Below, in pieces: positions 37,701 to 49,900 of a DNA stretch of 64,000 bases. A program made the position numbers and the translations under genes. Each line of letters begins with the position of its first letter. Position 1 is the first letter of the stretch. The notes beneath the pieces are model-generated. The model did not search any database, was not told the origin of the DNA, and was given only the letters and a program-made list of their open reading frames with translations. The stretch is from NCBI GenBank assembly GCA_000708835.1, contig DF236955.1:186001-250000 (forward strand), given 5' to 3'. This stretch comes from Klebsormidium nitens (lineage: Eukaryota; Plantae; Klebsormidiophyceae).

Positions 37701-38441
37701 TCAGAGCCTGGAGGAAAGTTCTGTAAGCTTGGTCGATGAGGACCCTTCCGTTGACTCAGTCTGGCTGAAATGGTAGGACCACAGCAATATTGTCCCAAAT
37801 CTTATTGGAGTAATGATGAAAAAACGATCCGGAAGCGTGAACCGGAAAAAGTGTGGGAAAATGACCACGTGAAGACTCAAACGTTCAGCAAGGAGCTTCA
37901 GTGCATCACATAGGCAGGAAGCGACCTGCCCTTGAGATCCTTCCGAAAACGTCAAAGGTTAAAAAGTGTTCCCAAAAGCTGGTGTGCACGCTGGAAACTG
38001 CAGCAAAGCAAAGGCGAGATTTCCGTCACCTAAGCTGAAACAAGCGTCGCCGCTGTTTTACAAAATAGAGTCGCGGTACAGGGAACGAAAGTTCCTCAAA
38101 GGGTCACTCCGACGAAAAGCAGACGAACAGGGTGCAAAATGGTCATCAGAAGCAGATCCCACCTCTTGATCTTTGAAGAAGACGACCTGGAGCCGAGCCT
38201 TCCTCTCCAGGAACGGGAGCACCGTCTGTTCGACCAGGTAGAACAAGTGTGCCCACTGAACCCCCTCGCTCAGGCTCAAGTCAGAGTCCGTCAGGGCCTG
38301 AAGTAGAATTGCATCGCCATCAATGACCACTGACTGGGAGGAGCCAAGGCTGCTCAGGATGTCTAAGTAGCGGGGCTGAAGCTCCCCACAGAACGCCTCC
38401 ACACGGGCAGCAATCTCGGCAAAAGGCTTTTGCGGCTCCAT
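22737..38441 (-). CDS. DDX60: DDX60-like (Ski2-like SF2) DExH-box RNA helicase, about 20 exons; not all internal boundaries resolved
   Basis: N-terminal [24 protein letters not shown] (38441-38163). Motif I APTSSGKT and Ia [10 protein letters not shown] (31247-30989), DE|IH across 30347/29988, [39 protein letters not shown] and motif [16 protein letters not shown]. The C-terminal [12 protein letters not shown]...EGDAY...VVAAFERL (23243-22737) is typical of DDX60. Confidence 0.88.
30132..30177. repeat. Short tandem duplication in an intron (18 nt x2, period 28)
   Basis: ACACATACTCTCCGTCTA at 30132-30149 versus ACACATACCCTCCGTCTA at 30160-30177. Confidence 0.7.
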
Positions 38442-39394
38442 CTTTTTGTTACAGGCTTGCGGACCCGCCCTCCGATCACCCTTACAGGATAGGTTGTCTT
38501 ATGTCCACTTACTTCATAATTTGTCAGAGCAGATGCTGCTTACAAGCTTTGGCGCCAAGTAATCCTCCTGGTTCAGCGAAATGCTGTTGAGAGTCTGCGG
38601 GTATGGCCACATAGTCAAAGCTTCTGCCAACTGTTCATTGGAGCCAGAGATTGAGCTAAGAATGATCGCAGGGGGTGGAGATCCTTGATAGCTTAGGATT
38701 TGTTTCTGAACGGTTGAACATTTTAACATTCTCAGGTACTTGCGATGGCCCGCCTGCATGAGGACCAGAGGGTATCGTGCATCTGTTCTCTGTCCTGCAA
38801 GGAGTTTCAAGGCCCTTCCGCCAGGAGGTCCTGAGTGCCAATTGCCAGCTCTCCCGCACGTGTTCGCCAGATCCGCGCATCTTCTTATAGGTCGACAGGA
38901 CTGCAAAAGGACATAAGCGCCGAGGGTCAACCCGCTTCACTCCAAAACCATCTTTAAGACTGGCTTACACTGGTGAAGGTCTTAGTCTCTTAGTTCATTG
39001 CTTTCCGTACATGCCGGTCTCGTGCTGCGGATAGTCGGCCTCGTTTTGTGAGTGCATGATGGATGTGAGATACTCGAAGCAAAGCGTACTTTCAACGCTC
39101 GCGACCCGCCGTTCGTCAACGGCGCCAACGGGTGGTTTCAACTCCGGAGCTGATCCTTCGGCCTGGCCGGATCGGAACCGGAACCTCTCTACCACGTGGT
39201 CCACATGGTCATACCACGTGGTAATCCCTTCTGGCCGGGCCGGCCGCGGCGGCCCCGCGACGCCGCGCCTGCTGCCGCCCAGCTTGAGCCTTCAGAAGAA
39301 TTGACGAAGCAACTGATTGTTTGTGAGCTCTGACTCTCAGCCACATTCCGAAATCAGAGTGTAAGTTGGTTCTGGAAAGGCTGGGCGACGCGTC
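38442..39394. promoter_or_regulatory. Divergent promoter/leader region between DDX60-like and CYP23
   Basis: Head-to-head ATGs 953 bp apart; GC-rich tract at about 39230-39290. Confidence 0.5.
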
Positions 39395-42300
39395 ATGGAA
39401 GGCAAGAGCAATGGAGCGGGGGCTTTGAGGTTTCTGATCTTGTTCCTCTTCTTGACAAGCTCTGTCACAGCGGAAGACCCCCGGACAGAGCTGGGGGATG
39501 AACGCGTTGTTCTGCAGGTGAATGAAGCTCCAGAAGACCTGTCTTCTTTAAACAAGCTGAGCTCGCTGCAAATGCAGTGCTGACCCTGGTGCGAATGCAT
39601 ACCTGCACGCTGTCGAATGAGACAATTCTATTAGCATTGCGAAAGGCCTGCAATAGCCGAGCAGCAGACTTTGGTTCTAGTAGCATTGACCATTTGCTTA
39701 TCAATGTGCCTCTGTAGAAACGTGAAAGCAGAGACCAAATCTGTATCAATGCTTCCCCTGTACAGACAAGCATGGGGGACATTGAAGTGGCGTTCTTCCC
39801 CAAGCTGGCCCCCATTACAGCCGCTCACATCTTAAAGCTCTTTAAACTGGGCTGCTACAACTCAAATCACTTCTTCAGAGTGAGCATTCTCCTTGACTGG
39901 TGCCTTACATGGTGAGGGAGCCCCACCAATTGTCCTAAAATCACCAGTGATCTTTGGAACTAGATCAGGATCAGTCGCAGTTGACTTGACTGATGGGGTA
40001 TCGAATCATCACTATTTAAAGGCTTCTAGGAGTTGTCAATCCCTGATCATTGGGACCACCAGAATGACTGTGACTGCCTTGAAGGAGGGAATGACTTTCC
40101 AACATGAAACAGGGGCATGATTCAGTATCGACGTGAACCACTTTGTCGTATTGAAGTTCCCTTTGCAACTATCAACCCTTAGTGTTGCTAAGGCCCTCAC
40201 AGATCTAGTACCTTTTTCTGATGCAGGTTGACAAGGGCTTTGTGGCGCAAATAGCAGATGTAGTGGGGGGCAGACAGGTGCAGCTAGACGCTCGGCAATT
40301 GGAGGAGGGGGACAAAGCAATCCCGGGAGAGACCACAGATGTGCCACACGTCAGGGGCATACTTTCCATGGCCAGGTAAGGATTGTCACATCAAGAAACT
40401 TTCAAGCAACTCTGCACATAAGTGATGGCAGGTGGCCATCAATCTGTTCCAGCTATTTTGAGAAAGTTGGAATGAAGCGCCTTCTTGTCAGGAAGATATG
40501 AAGGACACACCTTAAGATAAAAATGATTTCAGAATTGTGTCAGAGAAGCCTACAGCGTTCAAAGTTGAGCCAGTTCTTCTTGCCTAATAACACAGCAGAA
40601 CAACAAGGGCCTTGTGATTAAAAGCACGATGTTTGAGAGATTGCCACATCGTCGGCCATTCTCTGAGAGATTGTTCCTGAATTCATTACTTTGATTGACG
40701 ATGTTTTCAGCAGTAACTTACATGTAGCTGCGTTTAACTGGTTCAATAGGATTTGCGCAAGAGCAAAGAGCCTTGCCGCTCTTGCTTTCATGCACAAATG
40801 TTTTCTTTATCCAAGCTGTTCGAGCCGAATGTTTTCTGGCAGGTCGATTATGATCTGGAATGTATGGTGATTCTAAATGGCGGCTCAGACCCTTTCACTT
40901 CTCTGACTGTGGGCCTCTAGAGTCCACACCAGAAGTCACTTCAATCGCACATACCGACTGGAGTGACGCTCTCGTCCGTGACAGGCATGACGACCCCAAC
41001 AGTGGCAAGTCGAGTTTCTCCATTCTGCTGGGCAATGCCCCCCACCTTGATGGAAATGTAAGTCTTAAGGCCTCCTCGAAAACCTTGAATCCATTCTCGT
41101 ACCTTTGATTACCAACACCGTCACTCTCTCGCACGTGCTCCCATTGACCAACACCGTGTGTCCCCACCGCCCAGATCGACTGGGAAGCAGAATAATGACC
41201 GCAGTTCCGCAGTGGAATGACTAAGGAAGCTGCCAAATCTTTTTGCTGCCAGGGTCAATATTTGCACACGGGCTCCAAAGGGTCCACTGGTTGCTCATGA
41301 GGTTTTCACGGTCTGACCAGATCCTGCTGCTTCGTGGTCAATTGACCCTTGCCCTTTCCTGACTGAGCCATTCTGTTGCAGTACGCAATCTTTGGGAGGG
41401 TAATACGTGGAGACGAAGTCCTGGCCCGGATGGAGCTCGTGAGTTGCGCACCCACGTTCGGCTGGCCGACTCGTCGACTGTTTCCATTGCTAGACTGCTG
41501 TTGGCATCCGAGTTCCATCTGCCTCCAGGGGGTAGAAGCTGGAGGACATTCACAGCTGCGCCTCTGGCTTTCTGCAACTATCACGTGACTTGATAATCGC
41601 CTTGCCTGCGAATGTGCTTTGAATCGTTGAGCAGACCTCATTATGCAGTGTTTGCGCAGGATTGTAAGAAACGGTTTCCGTTCTCTGTTCAGGTCGAGAC
41701 CACGACGGAGGGCATCTTCGTCATGGTGAGGCGCGGATGCACCTCCTTCTTTTCGGATCAATCCAGCACCTTCATTTACTCTGCGTGGAAAGCCCAACTC
41801 CTGATGTGCCTAAGCAGCGGCTGAGTCAAGGAGTGACATTCAATGGGTATATCCGTGCAATTTCTGTAGGCATCTATGGAACAACTGAAAGGGAGGGCTT
41901 GTGAGTGAGAACGAGGTCAGATTCATATGCGCCAGATTGTTGGCCGCGGAGGCTTGCTTTCATGCAAGGATAGGCAGTGGTACGGCGGTTCTATAGCACA
42001 GCCAATCTACGCACCGAACGGGCCACCCGCTCTAGTTTCATCGAGAGCTTTTTCAACGCCAGGAGGTGAGTTGCCGACTCGCTTCTAGGGGCGACGCGGA
42101 CACCCGCATTCGAAACCCCAGAATGCTAGTCAAGAAGAGCCTACAGTTCAAAGGTTGCTTCATGCCTGCGGCGCCAGCTTGACTAAACCGTTCGCACCCT
42201 CCCGTTTTGCAGCCGAAGGAGCGGATAACAATACTAAGCACGTACGTGTACAGTGAGTCGGCGCTTCTCTTCTTGTCGTCTACGAAATTGACGCCCCATG

Positions 42301-42645
42301 CTCAGTCTCACAAGTATCGACCGTGCCCAGCTTAGACCCATAGTCTTCTTCAACGAAAAGATCTGTAGCACGGTCGATTTAGTCAAGCGGTGTGGGCTTC
42401 GATGACTCTCTTTCACTAACCATGTCAATAGTTCTGTCACTTATCTGCCGTTTTGCATACTTGAAAAACATTAGCGATTGCCCGTCCACTTGATTACTGC
42501 AACCAGCTCTCAAAAGTTGTTCGTGGCGTCGAGACGTTTGGGGGTATTCGAGACGACAGCTCCCCGTGCAGGTGTGAACGGAGAGGGCGACGAAGTCAGC
42601 TCGGAAGGACGGTTACGAAAGCTAGAGGATCTCGCCAGCGAAACG
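39395..42645 (+). CDS. CYP23: Cyclophilin-type PPIase with signal peptide (CYP23 orthologue); exons 39395-39517, 39766-39879, 40227-40375, 40985-41057, 41382-41438, 41693-41725, 42213-42252, 42572-42645; terminal exon unresolved (candidate acceptor at 43237)
   Basis: RVVLQ|TSMGDIE..YNSNHFFR|VDKGFVAQIADV..HVRGILSMAR|HDDPNSGKSSFSILLGNAPHLDGN|YAIFGRV..|EGIFVM|PKERITILSTY, which follows Arabidopsis CYP23 as I recall it. All junctions are in phase. Confidence 0.92.
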
Positions 42646-44351
42646 GTAAGAAGGGCTTTTTCCTTCCCTGCCGTCTGCCAGCCAGAGGTAGCGGTCACAG
42701 GCACACGATTACGACACGTTCGGAGAGTGCAAGCTTGCCGCAATAGTCGTGATTACGACATTCTCTGAGTTCTTTCACTGCTTGCGTCAGCCGAGGCTCT
42801 GGTAGGCCACTCTCCATGCACGTACGTCTTCAGAAGCGGAATTTAGACTCGCTCCACTTTTGATCCTGTTTGCGTCCTCCGTATGCCAGGTATCGTTTCT
42901 AGAAAGGTTCGTAAGCAGGGGTGGCTCCTGAGAAAGAGAGCAGGAAGCAGAGCTTCGAGAGCGAGTAGGGCTGCGGTTCTGAGTTTCCTTGAGAATTTAT
43001 GGTCCGGCCGCAACTCGGTCGAACCCAAACAAAGAGCCAGATCTGGCTGAATTCCAAAGGTGTGCACTTGTTCATTATCCTGCCCGCACTGCAGGGGTTG
43101 CTCGTAGTCCCTTATGAAAGACTGATGTTGAACTTTGACTGCTGCAGTCCGCGCCAACAAGTGCGTTGGGCCCTCTTCTGCATGTTGTGCTGGTCGCTTT
43201 TTGCTGCTTTGCTGCATACAAACTGTCGACACGCAGAAGATAAGGCGAGAATTGGTAGGGCAAATCCTGGTGAGATCAGCCGTTATATGTACTGTCGAAT
43301 CCGCATATGGCTATAAAGCCCGAGTATGATAAAGTTTTGTCGAAAAGCGCGCTTTAACGGGCTTCACTGAATCAACGTGAGACCGGAATGCTCTCGATCG
43401 ATGTGTTGTTCTGTTCGGCCGCACGGCAAAGCAGCCACTGCGGGCCGCTCGCGTGAGGCCCGTGGATGCTACATTATAGCATACTCGCAAATCCGATCAG
43501 AATTGCTAGCCAGCTTAAGTTGGTTAGTACTATATGTGCGCGTACACCTTATGCCGGCTGCGGTCGAGCCTTATCTTACATGCCCAGTGCCAGCTTGCGC
43601 GCGGTTTGATATAACATTTAATTCTCAGATGCTTAATTTTTGAGTGGCATGAATATACCGTACCATTCCCATCTCATATATTCAGATCGATGCTTGCCGC
43701 TGATCGTTCGACGCACCAGCCCAATGCTTGATGCATTCGACATGGCTAGCTATACGGACTGCAGGTATATAAAATTTCATTTGTACATAGAGCCGCCACT
43801 ACTGGCGCGCGTCTTAGTCTGGTGCACATGTTAAACATGCATTTAATGGATTGCAAGCATGAAATTGTTTTGCGAGGGCCGCCCATGCAAATAACCTGAT
43901 GGGAGCTCTACCATGATAGTGTCACATATGCATGCATCACCCGGCAAAACCCCAAATGCCAAGTCAACAAGCATATAGGCTTGGGCAGATAAGCTTTGGC
44001 ATAGAACTTTGGAAACCGTGGATCAAGCCTTGAGCTCTGTTTATTCTCCGTTTCATACCATTGCCCAAACCATGCTCAAAAGTCTGCCATCATTCCCTTG
44101 ATGCCACAGTCCAACGAGACTGCTCCAAATCATGCTGATATGCTGGCGCATCTAGCTGCATCAGCATTCATATGCCAACCACATAGTAACGCCGACTCTA
44201 AGGATGCAGCCGTTGACCACATACAGAAGGCAGTTCTCAACGTCCAGAACAAAATTGTCCATATTTTGGGTCAAAGAAAGAACATCCCGCGTGCTTAAGT
44301 ACTCTCTGGTTCCAACGTACCTTTATTGCCTGTGCAGTCAAAGTGACTCCT

Positions 44352-46623
44352 TTATGGCTTCTCGTAGATCCAGGGGGCCAGGGCAGTGGCGTAGTGAGCG
44401 ACGCCGCTAGGGAACCACAAAGCAATCTCCTTCTGTGCGCTCTCGACAGCGTCGCTTCCGTGGATGATGTTCCTAAAAGAGCGATGGGCGAGGGAGATGG
44501 TCAAAACCAAATCTGGATCGGAAGATCAAATGGGCCTGGACTCAACGGACTGCATAGATGTCATGAAAGGAGAATCCTTAGGCACGCCTACCAGAAGCAT
44601 TGACAAGCCTACCGGAAGCACTGACAAGCGGATGCATAAGCCTCAAGTAGGGTCATGCACGGTCTTGGCCGAACAAGCAGAGACCAGCTAACTAAAAGCG
44701 TGACGACCCTGATTGAACGCACCTGCCAATGTCAATCGCATAGTCACCACGGATTGTGCCCGGCTCTGACTGGGCGGGGTTGGTCTGTACGGAGGGAAAC
44801 GATGCATTTTGGATCAGCTGGCATGGTTTAATATTGCAGCAACCGAATCTGGATAATTAGAATTTCCAATGCACTTCAAATGGTTCAACATTGAACTATG
44901 CAAGAGCAAAGCATACCAGGCATTTGGTGGTGGTCCGATTCCAGCCTGTTCATATATAAATACTCCAATGTACAGGAGTTCAAACGATTTCATGCCAGCA
45001 CCTATGGAGATCCAAGAAATGAAAAGCTCGTAATGCCAGGTCGAACGAAGAGGTTTCGAGAGGGCAAACACAAGGGCACACTTCAAAGGAAAAGGCCTTG
45101 TGCCTTCAGGCCAATGAACTGATCTTCCAAAGAAGGAATCCGTTGCTGCAAATTGGTGATTAGGACCAGAAAAAACACTAAGGTCCATTACATCAAATAT
45201 AGATGATAGCATGCAACTTACGGCGCCAATGATCTTCCTGCCAGTCAGCACAACGCCCTTGCCCTCCCACACCATGGCAACAACGGGGCCCGACAGGATG
45301 TAGTCAACCAGCCCGGCGAAGAAAGGCTTGGAGGAGAGGTCCTCATAGTGCTTCTCAGCCAGGGCGCGGTCCACCATCTTGAGCTCAAGAGCTGCAGCCG
45401 GGGCAGAAGATCAGGCAATTGACGGAACTTCCTTAGAGATTCAGCTCGTTGGACCTCCTCTTTCGCAACCACTCTTTGTAAGAGCGGTCTTGATCACTCG
45501 GTAACAGCAGTGTTCATGATTCGACTCTGTGCTTGCTTTGCACCTTCATCAAAGTTACCCCCCAGCAGATACTTCCTCTTCTTCAACAAGGGTGACCAAG
45601 GAGAAGAGAAACACGAAACAGCTTGCGTCTCGCCTTAGTCAATCCTCTTTCACCAGAATTTGACTGCTGCCTTGAGCAGGTAATACTATCCATCCAAAAC
45701 TCCCCTGCTGAAAGGGGCACCGCTGATGTGGAATATCTGACATTCGTAAAGAGAATCAGGTTATGCTGCTTCCGAGCTGGACAGGTCTCTGATGGCAGGA
45801 GCCTGCAACCTCTAACAGTATACACAACTGCCAGCTACCATTACCAGGACGCCCCAGAGCTTCTCGGTAAGTTTGGTCCGACCCGATCCATCGCAAAACA
45901 TCAGCCTAACTAAGCTGCAGACCACGGAGACTGGAGGAAAGAAGGACATAAATGCGATTGGTGCATATGCTCATGGAAACAACGAAGTGACATATTAGGG
46001 TTCACGCAAGACTGATGCCAGAAATGTACTGGTCTCAGAAGAGCACATTCACAATTGACAAATAGGAACCGGTCCAAGCCTTACCCCTGAGCGTGAAGCC
46101 CTTCTGCTCGAAGCGCTTGATGATCTCACCGACCTGCGTCAACATTCATTTTATTGGCTACACAGCTGGAAATCAATCAGTATCGCATTACAAAATGGTG
46201 ATCCACGGTGGCAGAAAGAGTATCAGCGCCCTTGAGCTTTCTGGAAACAATCTTTCAGATAGAATGAAGGTTGCCACGCAGTTGCTAAACAGGATCTGTT
46301 TGATCGCACCAGAGCGCACGCAAAGGATGAGAGAGAACTTTGTAAGTTGGAGCTAAGATGTTAAAGGACTTACCAGGCCCCTCTGCACTCCATCCGGCTG
46401 CAAGGCAAGATGATGACTCACAGTCAGGAATTTGAATGCAGAAAGACAGCCGGAGGAAGTAAAGGCAAGACAGTGAGAGGTCTGGCGTTTGACCGGCCTC
46501 CATACCAGATTGAAAAAGCAGCAACATAACGCTCCAAACCCTGCCGCACCGCAATGGATAGATCGCGAAATCCAGCCGTTCACTCACCTTGATCATAATG
46601 TAGGTCTGCTCAGTGTTGGCCAT
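44352..46623 (-). CDS. NDPK1: Nucleoside diphosphate kinase (cytosolic type 1), 153 aa; exons 46623-46588, 46397-46374, 46133-46085, 45391-45222, 44784-44723, 44472-44352
   Basis: EQTYIMIK|PDGVQRGL|[39 protein letters not shown]|TNP..PGTIRGD..GR|NIIHGSD (catalytic His)..LWF..PWIYE. Exons sum to 462 nt. Confidence 0.97.
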
Positions 46624-46997
46624 CGTGAGAGGAGGGAAGAGGACGATTCAAGCTTCAGAAGAAAGGCAGCAATAGCGCTCTGATGTGTCCAGAAAGAAGT
46701 GAGAATTTGGACAACTTGAAATTGAATGAGTTGTGACTGGGGGCGCCAGATTCCAAGAGATTCTGAATCTTCACGAAGGCGATGACTAACTAAACTTGGT
46801 TAAGTTAAATACGGGTCCCAATGAAGGTACTGGTACTTTCCCAAACCCGGTCTGGGTTTGCCAAAAACCCCTGCAGTGGGCCTGAGCTGGCCAGAGTCCC
46901 TGACCTCCTTCGTTGAACTTGAGGGAGTGCTTTCAAAAGCTCATTTTCGCTGAAGAGTGGCGCTCCAAAGCGCAGCGGCGGGACAGCATTGCACACC
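46624..46997. promoter_or_regulatory. Compact divergent promoter shared by NDPK1 and SDE3/MOV10
   Basis: The ATGs are only 374 bp apart, head to head. Confidence 0.6.
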
Positions 46998-49900
46998 ATG
47001 GCCCCCAGGAACGCTCCAGCAGGTGTCGACCTCGGCCTCTGTATTGCCGCTTACGTTGTTGGCCGGGTCGTTGGCCGGAATGTGCCGCTGCCTTCCACGC
47101 GCAATGAGCTCAAGTCTGTGTTCCTCGACCTCAGGGCCCATCCCACATGGCAGAGCCTGGGGGTGTACCTCTCTCCTTTCGACGCCATACAAGAGCTTGT
47201 GAGGGCAGGCTTCGTCGTTGCAAGACGTGGCCCGAGGGTCAAATGGCAGGACAATGTCATTAGGGTAAGGTCTGCCGAGCTTCTGAGCAGCACATTTGCT
47301 TCAGTGGGGAACTCTTCAGAACCGGAAGCAGAAGGAGAGGTGGGGCTGAGAAGGGAGCTCCGGGCGCTAGGATATGAAGCGTTGACAGGTCATGCAAATG
47401 TTAGTATCACATGGCCCTTTCCTGCTGACAAGGCTTGCAGCCGGCCACACTCCATCGACACTGATACGACAGCCGTCGACTATCTTGATGTGACAAATGT
47501 CAGTAAAAAGCCTTTGGTGATTTTGAGCGTCTTCACACCCATAATGCGCCCCCAGGGTGCTTTCTCCATAGACATTGGAGGAGAATTCCCCATGACCATC
47601 AGCCCAGGGCAGCGGGTTAGGGTCACCGTGACGCTCGCCCCCCAGGCGTTGGGGCTCCATCAGACAGCGGTTATGTTTGTCTTTGCGGGTTTCAAGGTTG
47701 TCCGCTCCATACTAGTTCTGGTGGAGGACGAGGTGGCAAGAGCCAGCGCTCCCGCACGGCCCTACGTGAAGCCTACAAGGAAACCGTTGGTGGAGGCGGC
47801 AGCAGAAATTGTGCCTGGAGAGGCCCCACCTATGCCAAGGACTAAGTACCAGAACAGGCTTCCAGAGTATAGGATACCGGCCGGGGTTAGGAATGCGGTT
47901 AGCAGGGGGGAGGAGCCGCCGGTGCTTGAAGAAGAACTGAGTGCGGAGAACTACAGGAACAGGATGGGGGCGCTGCTCCATGTGGAGGAACTGCAGATGG
48001 GGGTAAGTAAACAGAGAGTCTGCAGCATTAGAGGGAGAACTTTTATGAAGTCTTGGGAGGAGTTGCATATGTTGGAAGTCCGTTTACAGAATGTTGGGAG
48101 TGACTCAAAGTGGCTCTTCAAAAGATTCTGAGTCCGGTGACACAAGGTAACATGTTCAGTACAAGGTTCTGCCTGGTCTAGTGAAGGTACTACGAAGGCT
48201 AGTCCAAATGTGGGGCACAAGCTGACACTTTGAGACACGTTGCGGGCCAACACCAGGTTGCAGGTCAAAATTGCCTTCAAGTTGCCTTTCTGTGACAATG
48301 TTGTGACCCAATTCTCATAGATCTCATTGTCAGCGTGATATCTTAGAGAGCGCCTGTTTCTGGCCAATGTACCTGTCACATCTTACCCAGACTAGCTTGC
48401 TCTTGGCCCAGATCTGAAACTGTTACTGCAAAACGTCACAATTCATGGTAGACCCCTTTCTTACGCGGTTTGGGTAACAAACTTGGAAGCTCTTTGTGCG
48501 CTTGTGCTCTTTGTCCTCAATGTGCTCTTTGTGTAAAGGATGGGGCAGTTGACAATGCCACATTCGTACAACCCTCCCTCTGTATGAGGGGATATGTGGA
48601 AGCTCTGTGTGCAAAGTGACAGGACTCCAGCCATAGAACTTGGTCTTGTTGGTTGTGTTTGACTTGAAGCTCCATGAGAGTGCACTAGGCCCTTATGCTG
48701 ACGAACACAAACCGAGCTTCCATAAGACGTCACTTTCCTTGCGGGGTTCTCTCAATGCCGGATAGTATTAGAAAGACCCTCAATGTGACTGGGAACATGG
48801 CACAGGAAGGCACACCCTGAAAGATTTGCAACTCTACTAGAGTACTCCTTCCCATTCCCCAAAGTCTCTCATCAAACCCTACCCAGTAGCAAGTAAACTG
48901 GCATGGAAGGACACTCTGAGGCGCCCTCCCAAACCACCTCATTATCTGAGCTCTCAGCTCTTAAGACAAACTGGAACGTGGTTCTCCTATAGGTGGATAT
49001 CCAGACGTTCAACATGGAGGGAGCTGAACTGCAGCGGTCGGGGGCTGGCTTTCTGGCGCTCAAGGTCCCAGGACTGGCGGAAAAGCGCCCCTCCGTGCTG
49101 TATGGAGATCGCGTGTTTGTGCACCTTCCAGGACAGCCTAAGAAGGAGTTTGAGGTAAACGCGTAAGCTGCATCTTCTTCATGCAATTATCGAAACGTGT
49201 AAAAGGATGTGTAGATTGGCCATCTTTTGATGACTATACTCCAGTCAGCTCAGAGACATTTGCTTTTCTTTTTAATTTCAAACTACACGAGAACTGGTTC
49301 AGGCGCGGTGCCCCTGGATTTCATCCTGCCCTGATAACCAGGAAGATCTTGCAAACATCTGTGTGGTTGCACAGAACAGCCAAAAGCCACACGTGTGGAT
49401 GCTTGATTTTGGGGCTGCATTTCATAAAAATAGAACCAGAGGTATCCTTATGCCAAGGGTCCTGCCAGTGACAGTCCTCAAATGCAGAGCAGTTCGCGCA
49501 TTTTAGACTCCTCTGTGGTAACTGCTGAGCTTTTTGGCTTCTTCAGTCCTTTCAGACTCTTCCTCCTGCTTCTAGGAGTTCAACAACAATCGTAACACTG
49601 TATCTCCGGCTAGAGAAACATTTGGATACAACCTGAAGTAAACTCACATGCAAGAGAATGTACAGAAGAAGCAAGATTAAGCAAACCATCTGAGACCAGC
49701 TAACTGTTAAGCTGACCCACCACCAAACCCGTCTCCTCATTTCGCAGGGTTGTGTTCATGCGGTGCGGCTGGAAGAGATCGTCCTCAAATTCCACTTCTC
49801 CTTCCACGCCGCCTTCGTCCCCGGTCAACGGGTTAACGTCCGCTTCACCTTTAACCGGGTGACGATCCGCCGGGAGCACGAGGCCATCCAAGAGTCTGCC

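Noticed and set aside
38995-39204. 69-aa minus-strand ORF upstream of DDX60 as a possible extra exon or gene
   Set aside because: No recognisable motif and no clear splice path to 38441; probably leader or promoter sequence.
45441-45551. TGATGA...CTGA in an NDPK intron as a possible C/D snoRNA
   Set aside because: No terminal stem and no rRNA-complementary guide that I can recognise.
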